DNA of 61,939 nucleotides. Source: an uncultured Smithella sp. (GTDB lineage: Bacteria; Desulfobacterota; Syntrophia; Syntrophales; Smithellaceae). The notes beneath the pieces are model-generated. The model was not told the origin of the DNA. It made no database searches and saw only the letters and a list, made by a program, of their open reading frames with translations. Positions 55,947 through 61,939 of the stretch are shown here, one piece after another; positions within the stretch are counted from its first letter, which is position 1; every line of letters begins with the position of its first letter. The stretch is from positions 1 through 61,939 of the forward strand of contig CAZYIE010000005.1 in assembly GCA_964646755.1 (NCBI GenBank). Reading direction: 5' to 3'. The translations under genes and the position numbers were made by a program.

Positions 55947-56788
55947 TGAAAATGCCAAATGCACGTTCTCCCATCATGCGAATTGCGCAATATACGCTTC
56001 TGGATGAAGTGAGGCAAAAGAGCTTCATCATCATGTTCGGTATCTGCGCCCTGGCGATATTGCTGGTGCGCAGTTGCTCTCAGGGCAATTTCATGGTGAA
56101 CGGGCAGGCGCTGGATGACGATACTGTTGTCCGATTAGCGTCCAAATCGATATTCCATATTATTGCCTTAGGTGCAATGCTGCTTACGGCACTGCTTTCG
56201 ATGCGCGTATTGAAGCGCGACCGGGAACAAGGAATGCAATCGTGTATCCTGTCCAAACCGATAGCACGCTGGCAGTATGTGGCCGGTAAGATTATGGGTT
56301 TGTGGGCCTTAGCGAGTATCTTCATGTTCATCCTGCACGGCATTATATTCATTATTGCGTCTATCAATTTACAGGTTGTTTTACCGGAATATCTCCTGGC
56401 CTCGCTGATCTGCTGTATTAACCTGCTTTTTGTGGTTGTTGCCGTGCTTCTTTTTTCGCTGCTCATGTCCGACATCATTGCTTTTCTGAGCGTGCTGGGT
56501 ATCGGCATAGTCAGTTTTATGGCTGACGGAATATTCGCCATGAGCCAAAGTCCCATGGGACAGGCGATGATGCAGCAATCTGGCTCATCATCTGATTTTT
56601 CCGGGTGGAAAGTTTTTTACTATTTATGGCCGAAAATTTCCGGCGTCCAACAGTTTGCCTCTGCGCTGATTGGCGGCGAAGGCTTCCAGGGATTTATATC
56701 CATCTATCCCTTCATCAACATTCTTATCTACGTCCTTATTCTCGGCACGCTCCTGTTCCGGCTTTTCCGGAAGGAAGACATCGTCTGA
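55946..56788 (+). CDS. ABC-2 type permease
   Basis: About 6 TM segments; DREQG...ILSKPIARWQYVAGK motif; ATG overlaps the ATPase stop. Confidence 0.82.
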   Translation: MKMPNARSPIMRIAQYTLLDEVRQKSFIIMFGICALAILLVRSCSQGNFMVNGQALDDDTVVRLASKSIFHIIALGAMLLTALLSMRVLKRDREQGMQSCILSKPIARWQYVAGKIMGLWALASIFMFILHGIIFIIASINLQVVLPEYLLASLICCINLLFVVVAVLLFSLLMSDIIAFLSVLGIGIVSFMADGIFAMSQSPMGQAMMQQSGSSSDFSGWKVFYYLWPKISGVQQFASALIGGEGFQGFISIYPFINILIYVLILGTLLFRLFRKEDIV

Positions 56789-56911
56789 TCGTCTACAACA
56801 AGTGCGTGTAGTCGTTGCGTCCCATAATCATAACGTACATTATTAGGCGGACATTAAGTTTCTTATAAAACTTAATATGACTGAATAGACGGATTGTTTG
56901 TTATTTTGTAT

Positions 56912-57217
56912 TTACTGACTGCGATCAGGAAGAAGTAAAGCGTCGATATCCATCATGCCATGCAAAACCCTGATAATCTTAATGCCACTGTTAATCGGCA
57001 TATAGAAAATCAGGTACTTGCCAACCGGAAAACTTTGCAAACCGGGATAGAGTTCGTCCCGGTTTCTACCCATGCTCTTGAACCGAGCGAGTTTCCGACA
57101 TATTGCCTCGATTTCGTCAATGAATTTGTCCGCATGACCAAGGTTGTCTTGGGCTATATACCACCATATTTCATCAAGATCGTTTTCAGCCTCGGGGCTC
57201 TTGTGGGTTCTCAACAT
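56912..57217 (-). CDS. parE: ParE/RelE-family toxin
   Basis: AENDLDEIWWYIAQDN, GRNRDEL, YLIFY and IIRVLHG motifs; TGATG coupling to the antitoxin. Confidence 0.88.
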   Translation of the reverse strand: MLRTHKSPEAENDLDEIWWYIAQDNLGHADKFIDEIEAICRKLARFKSMGRNRDELYPGLQSFPVGKYLIFYMPINSGIKIIRVLHGMMDIDALLLPDRSQ

Positions 57218-57483
57218 CAACCGCTCGCCTTGTTTTGTTGTGCATCAAGGCGTTTACGGCCTCGTGCCTTGATGGCCCCCACGTCTAAAGGCGTTGGCTC
57301 GCCACTATCCAATCCTTTTTTTATTTCAGCCCTAAGTTCTTCAACGCGCAAGAAATGTCTCCGATCTCGTTCTTCAAGAAGGCGCAACGCATCACGCATA
57401 ACTTCGCTTGCGGAACCATAAAGCCCGCTCTCCACCTTATTTTTCACCAGTGTTTCAAGTTGTGGTGTAAGAGAAATGTTCAT
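57217..57483 (-). CDS. parD: ParD-family (RHH) antitoxin
   Basis: MNISLTPQLE..V..KVESGLYGSASEVMRDALRLL; AAGGAG RBS before ATG 57483. Confidence 0.9.
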   Translation of the reverse strand: MNISLTPQLETLVKNKVESGLYGSASEVMRDALRLLEERDRRHFLRVEELRAEIKKGLDSGEPTPLDVGAIKARGRKRLDAQQNKASG

Positions 57484-57620
57484 TATTTTATCTCCTTTTT
57501 GACTTGTACGATAACATAGAATAACAAACATTGCTATAAAAAAGTGTGCTTATTCTGGGGATAATACCTATTTCAGCAACATTTACAGTTATTTCTGGAA
57601 TCCCTTGTCACCAGACATAC

Positions 57621-57719
57621 GGGACTGTGTCGCAATAGCAAATTGTCATTGCGAACGCACGACAGTGCGTGTGGCAATCTAAATATTATCAATTGCTTAA
57701 GAGATTGCGACACAGTCTC
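57621..57719. mobile_element. MITE-like element with GACTGTGTCGCAAT terminal inverted repeats enclosing a GTCATTGCG...GCAATCT...AGATTGC palindromic core
   Basis: Perfect 14-bp inverted repeat at 57623-57636/57704-57717 (15/16 when extended); interior shared with positions 1-52. Confidence 0.75.
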
Positions 57720-57848
57720 ATTCGCGAAGGAATGACACAAGAGGTAATTACGACGTAGTCTTACCAACCAGGTGCAGGAAAAGATTACCACCGACAGATC
57801 TTCTATAGATAGCGTCAGCCTGCACATGAAAGGAAACTGCTGATTAAT

Positions 57849-58277
57849 CTATTTTCCTTCACGCACCGGGAGGGCGCGCATTGCCCGGGATTTGGTCTGG
57901 GGTATCCAATACGAGGTGCCATAATTGGGGTAGAATATGGAGGCATCGGAGTTTCGTGTTTCCGATGACCACATTGCCTTGCCGGACAGTTTTATGATGG
58001 TTCCATATGCTCCGCCATTATGAATCACCCCCATTTCGGCAATTGTCGGCATCCGCCAGCCGGTTTTTCCCCCTCCGCTATATGTTTCGCAATAGCTTTT
58101 AGCGCCTGCCCAGTCAGCATCAATGCTGTTGTCCTTATCCGCCCACATCATACCGGTTTGCGTGTCCGAAATTGTGCCGTCATTGTTGTTTACGAAACGC
58201 GCTGCCACCGCAAGTTCTGCAGAAACAAAAGTTCCCAAAAACAATGCCAGACAAACCAAAACCAGAATTCTTTTCAT
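57849..58277 (-). CDS. Secreted DUF1566 (Lcl C-terminal) domain protein
   Basis: Signal peptide; FVNNNDGTISDTQTGMMW, W..AKSYC and GWRMPTIAEM motifs. Confidence 0.82.
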   Translation of the reverse strand: MKRILVLVCLALFLGTFVSAELAVAARFVNNNDGTISDTQTGMMWADKDNSIDADWAGAKSYCETYSGGGKTGWRMPTIAEMGVIHNGGAYGTIIKLSGKAMWSSETRNSDASIFYPNYGTSYWIPQTKSRAMRALPVREGK

Positions 58278-58373
58278 AATGCTCACTCCTTTTCTTTATT
58301 ACCTTTGCTACTGGATCATAAATATCAGCAATCGCTATGCAATTTACTAATAAACAGTATTTAAGAGAGATAA

Positions 58374-59219
58374 TTACAAAACGGTCTTATCACTCAAACG
58401 CAATAGAAGATTACCGCAGACAGTTCGGCGGTAGGCCGCTTCCGCCCGCACATCATCAATCGGGGATACCTCTTGCCGAATCATTCCGGCTGCGGTTGCC
58501 AATGTCGCGCCTGTCAGCTTTTTTCCGATTAATAATTCTTCGCAGGCCTTTGATGTGACGACTGCCGGGCCGATGCTGCCCCAGGCCAAACGGGCGGACT
58601 CGATTATTCCTTCCGGAGACACATTCAACAAGGTGGCCAGGCTAACAATGCTGCAGGCCAAGGATTTACGCAATCCCACCTTTTCAAAATGATGAAGATT
58701 ATAGGCAGGCGTTTTTTGCACAATTATGGCCGATACAATTTCTCCCTCACGCAATTTCGTCTGCCGCAGGCCGCAGATGAATTCGGCGATGGGTAATGTT
58801 CTCAAGGATTGAGCGCTCTTCAGTTCAACTTCCGCTTGCAGGATGTAAAGCGGCGGCAGAGTGTCACCGGCAGGCGAGGCATTGCAGATATTACCGCCGA
58901 TTGTCCCCATCTGCCGGATCAAGGGGGAACCCAATACTTGCAGGGATTTAATCAAGACGGGAAAATATTTTTGTACAACGGGATGATCAAGCAGACAGGC
59001 CAGTGACGTACAGGCTCCCAGCCTTATGCCGGTTGGCGATTCTTCCACACCCTTTAATTCCGCCAGCCTCTCCAGACAAATCAAGGCCGGAGGATCAATA
59101 TTTCCGGTGCGCATATTGACCAGCAGGTCTGTACCGCCCGCATACAGCCGCGCCAGGGGATTTTCCGCCAGGCATTGCCACAGTTCAGCAAGAGTCAGGG
59201 GAAGATAAACAGGCCTCAT
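58374..59219 (-). CDS. Xanthine dehydrogenase-family FAD-binding (medium) subunit
   Basis: AGGTDL, IRQMGTIGGNICNASPAGD and PIDDVRAEAAYR motifs. Confidence 0.9.
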   Translation of the reverse strand: MRPVYLPLTLAELWQCLAENPLARLYAGGTDLLVNMRTGNIDPPALICLERLAELKGVEESPTGIRLGACTSLACLLDHPVVQKYFPVLIKSLQVLGSPLIRQMGTIGGNICNASPAGDTLPPLYILQAEVELKSAQSLRTLPIAEFICGLRQTKLREGEIVSAIIVQKTPAYNLHHFEKVGLRKSLACSIVSLATLLNVSPEGIIESARLAWGSIGPAVVTSKACEELLIGKKLTGATLATAAGMIRQEVSPIDDVRAEAAYRRTVCGNLLLRLSDKTVL

Positions 59220-59692
59220 GGAGTTGCCTCTCGGGATATTTTCACGGCGGCCGTCTCAACGGCATTGACAATTTTCTGATACCCCGTGCAACGGCAGAGA
59301 TTGCCGCTCAGCCCTTCCCGTATTTGCGCCCGGCTGGGATCAGGATTTTTCTTGAGCAGCGCGACCGAAGTCAGAAGCATGCCGGGTGTGCAAAAACCGC
59401 ATTGCACGGCGCCGCTCTGGACAAAAGCCTGCTGGAGAGGATGCAGGCAGCCGTCAGCTGCCAACCCCTCGACCGTGGTAATCTCCAACCCCTCCAATTG
59501 GGCAGCCAGCATCAGACATGATAGCCTGGTTTCAAAGCCTACGAGAATAGTACAGGCCCCGCATTCTCCGGCGCCGCAACCTTCTTTTGTCCCCGTCAAT
59601 CCGAGATCTTCCCGCAAAATGTCCACCACGCGGCGATCAGCTGCCGCATCAATCTCTGTTTTTTTACCGTTGAGGGTGAATTTGATTTTCAT
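59216..59692 (-). CDS. Xanthine dehydrogenase-family 2x[2Fe-2S] (small) subunit
   Basis: GCGAGECGACT...SC and QCGFCTPG...GNLCRCTGY motifs. Confidence 0.94.
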   Translation of the reverse strand: MKIKFTLNGKKTEIDAAADRRVVDILREDLGLTGTKEGCGAGECGACTILVGFETRLSCLMLAAQLEGLEITTVEGLAADGCLHPLQQAFVQSGAVQCGFCTPGMLLTSVALLKKNPDPSRAQIREGLSGNLCRCTGYQKIVNAVETAAVKISREATP

Positions 59693-61938
59693 GATCGCTC
59701 TCCCTTAGCTGATGTTTCCCGGCGGTGCAGGCAGGAAAGTACGTAACCGGCAGTCAGCGGCGAGCAGACCGGATTGATCCCGCAGGCATCGGCTAGCGCA
59801 TTGGCAATGGCCGGAAGCGGCCCGTTGGTTCCTACTTCACCCACGCCCTTCATGCCGTAAGGACCGGAAGGTTCATATGTTTCCACAGGTACGGAAGTTA
59901 TCTCCGGGATATCGGGGGCGGTGGGAATGATATAGGTGGCAAAATTAGGATTAAGAATACGGCCTTCCTTTAAGATAACCTGTTCGGATAAGGCATAACC
60001 GATCCCTTGGGCAATGGCGCCCTGGACCTGCTGTTCAAAAGACTGGGGGTTGATGACCCGTCCGGCTTCCGTTGCCGCCAGATAATCTTTGACCTCCACA
60101 GCTCCCGTCAATTCATCTACCTCTACATAAACTAAATGAGCTGCATGGGAAAACAGCAGATGTGGGAAACCGATGGTAAACTCTTTACCCGTATCCGGGA
60201 CGCCCCGCACGACCGGCATAATGAACTGGCTGGTGCAGATGCGCTCCTGCTCGTTCATCATGGCGGCAAGTTGTTTTAGCGATACTTCTCTTCCCGACGG
60301 CAGATGACGAACGCAGCCCGGCAGCAACTCCAGATCCTGTGTGGTATCTGCCATCAGTACCAAAGCGGTAAAGCCGATCAGTTTCTGCCGAAGAATTTCG
60401 CAAGCCTTAATCAGGGCATTGCCGTAGGTATAGGTTGTCCGACTGGCGGACGCGGAACCGGAGGGCAGAGTCCTCGCCGTATCCGGCTGAACGAGCTCGA
60501 GGGCGGTATTTTCCTGGCAGAGAATCTGACCGGCAATCTGGACGAAAGCCGTGGCGTTGCCCTGCCCCATGTCGGAGACGCCGTTGTAAACGCGAATGTG
60601 GCCGTCAAGTGTCAGCTCCACCTTGGCAATGGCCGAATCGGGCAGCCCCCGGCCATACCCCATGGCATTAAATACCGCCGCCACACCCACTCCTCTTTTT
60701 TTAAAGGACCCAGCCTGAGATTTCCAGGCCGTTTTCTGCTGCCAGAGGGGATGTCTTTTAATCTCCTCCAGGCAGGCTGCAATGCCTGTGGGTTGAGTCA
60801 TTACGACGCCGGCGCAGTTTTTGTCCCCGCGCTGCAGAGCGTTTTTCAGGCGAAGATCGAGGGGATCAATTCCCAGTTTGTCCGAAAGCTTATCCATCAT
60901 CCGCTCAAAAGCAAAGCTGACCTGGACAACACCGAAGCCCCGCATGGCTCCGGCAATGGGATTATTTGTATAAAGGCACCAGCCTTCAATCAGCGTATGG
61001 GGAATGCGATAAGGACCCCCGGCATGCTCCATGCCCAGGGCCATGACTTCCGCGCCGAGGTGGGCGTAGGCACCGGTATCGTAATAGAGGCGGCAATGCA
61101 GAGCCTTTAGCGTTCCGTCAGACTTTGCACCCAGACGGTAATACATCCTTGCAGCGTGGCGTTTGTATCCGGCAATCAGATTTTCTTCGCGGCTCCACCA
61201 CATTTTGACGCGGCGTCCTCCCGCGTGCATTGCGGCAAGGGCAAGCAGGCACTGGACTGTAGCGCCGTCCTTGCCGCCGAAAGCTCCGCCCAAATACGGG
61301 CCGATAATCCGAATATTGTTCATAGGAATGCCCAGGGCATGGCTGATTTCGAAGCGATCCCGAAACGGCGCCTGGGTGGAAACAACCATAACGATGTTTC
61401 CGTCCGGTGTTTGCCAGGCGACCCCATTTTCGGTTTCGATAAAGGCATGTGCCTGAACGGGTACGGCAAAATTTTCTTCCAGAACAACATCGCAGCAAGG
61501 CCATGCTTCCTGCACATTACCGGAATCGACCGTTGCTTTAAGCAGGATGTTTCCGGTGACATGCTCCTCATGAACGACAGGAGCGCCGGATTTCAGGGCA
61601 TCGTCTATTCCGAAGATGCCGGGCAGTGGTTCAATATCGACTTCAATCAAGGCAATGGCTTTTTGCAGGATATCTTTATCTTCCGCCAGCACCAGAGCAA
61701 CCGCATCACCACAGTGGCGGACTTTGTCGGCGGCAATCACCGGCTGATCCTTGTGCACGATCCCCTGACGGTTGGTTCCGGGAACATCGCGACCGGTGAG
61801 AACGGCAAGAACACCGGGCAGATTTTTGGCTCTATCCGTCTTTACCTCACGGATAAGTCCATGGGCGATTCCCGCCCTTTTTACACCGGCCCAGAGCAGG
61901 TCGTCACCGTAATAGTCCGCAGCGTATTTTTCCGCACC
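59689..61938 (-). CDS. Xanthine dehydrogenase-family molybdopterin-binding (large) subunit, 5' end beyond the window
   Basis: The frame stays open to the window edge (...GAEKYAADYY...); GGAFGGK, AMRGFG, DMGQG, QVQG and KGVGE motifs. Confidence 0.9.
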   Translation of the reverse strand, partial: GAEKYAADYYGDDLLWAGVKRAGIAHGLIREVKTDRAKNLPGVLAVLTGRDVPGTNRQGIVHKDQPVIAADKVRHCGDAVALVLAEDKDILQKAIALIEVDIEPLPGIFGIDDALKSGAPVVHEEHVTGNILLKATVDSGNVQEAWPCCDVVLEENFAVPVQAHAFIETENGVAWQTPDGNIVMVVSTQAPFRDRFEISHALGIPMNNIRIIGPYLGGAFGGKDGATVQCLLALAAMHAGGRRVKMWWSREENLIAGYKRHAARMYYRLGAKSDGTLKALHCRLYYDTGAYAHLGAEVMALGMEHAGGPYRIPHTLIEGWCLYTNNPIAGAMRGFGVVQVSFAFERMMDKLSDKLGIDPLDLRLKNALQRGDKNCAGVVMTQPTGIAACLEEIKRHPLWQQKTAWKSQAGSFKKRGVGVAAVFNAMGYGRGLPDSAIAKVELTLDGHIRVYNGVSDMGQGNATAFVQIAGQILCQENTALELVQPDTARTLPSGSASASRTTYTYGNALIKACEILRQKLIGFTALVLMADTTQDLELLPGCVRHLPSGREVSLKQLAAMMNEQERICTSQFIMPVVRGVPDTGKEFTIGFPHLLFSHAAHLVYVEVDELTGAVEVKDYLAATEAGRVINPQSFEQQVQGAIAQGIGYALSEQVILKEGRILNPNFATYIIPTAPDIPEITSVPVETYEPSGPYGMKGVGEVGTNGPLPAIANALADACGINPVCSPLTAGYVLSCLHRRETSAKGERS

Positions 61939-61939
61939 G

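Noticed and set aside
56830-56856. attC-like ends (CATAAC...ATTAGGC) next to parE
   Set aside because: About 20 bp is far too short for an attC site, the core is imperfect, and there is no integrase or cassette array.
59689-61938. Aerobic CO dehydrogenase (coxL) call
   Set aside because: The form I active-site loop is absent and the gene order differs from coxMSL.

Overview
A 61.9 kb chromosomal, mostly housekeeping and metabolic window from an anaerobic Gram-negative bacterium. The gene content points to a syntrophic Deltaproteobacterium/Desulfobacterota (Syntrophales-like); this is inference. In order it holds: a four-subunit 2-oxoacid:ferredoxin oxidoreductase operon (gamma-delta-alpha-beta); waaA; mazEF; rpe; a glycosylation-type cluster (two tandem TPR/GT-C membrane proteins sharing an apparently identical 1346-bp segment, an acyltransferase, a methyltransferase and a methyltransferase-GT2 fusion); beta-oxidation genes; holA; rpsU; a long minus-strand run with HTH-ftsB-pilMNOPQ-pilF...gcvH-lipM-hisC; a homocysteine-synthesis gene; dut; the rimP-nusA-infB-rbfA-nrnA-truB-rpsO-pnp operon; tRNA-Gly(CCC); a Pif1-WYL helicase; a thiolase; a CoA-transferase-GNAT fusion; a MinD/J-HTH pair; a SpoIID-lipoprotein-AmpG unit; an ABC exporter; parDE; a DUF1566 protein; and a truncated xanthine-dehydrogenase-family operon. 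No transposase, integrase, prophage or CRISPR array is visible, but many small palindromic elements sit in intergenic gaps. The most striking observation is an unannotated 32-codon Leu-rich leader peptide with mutually exclusive antiterminator and terminator hairpins directly upstream of the oxidoreductase operon. It has the layout of a ribosome-mediated branched-chain-amino-acid attenuator on an enzyme class not normally associated with one. All calls are from sequence motifs only; no database searches were run.
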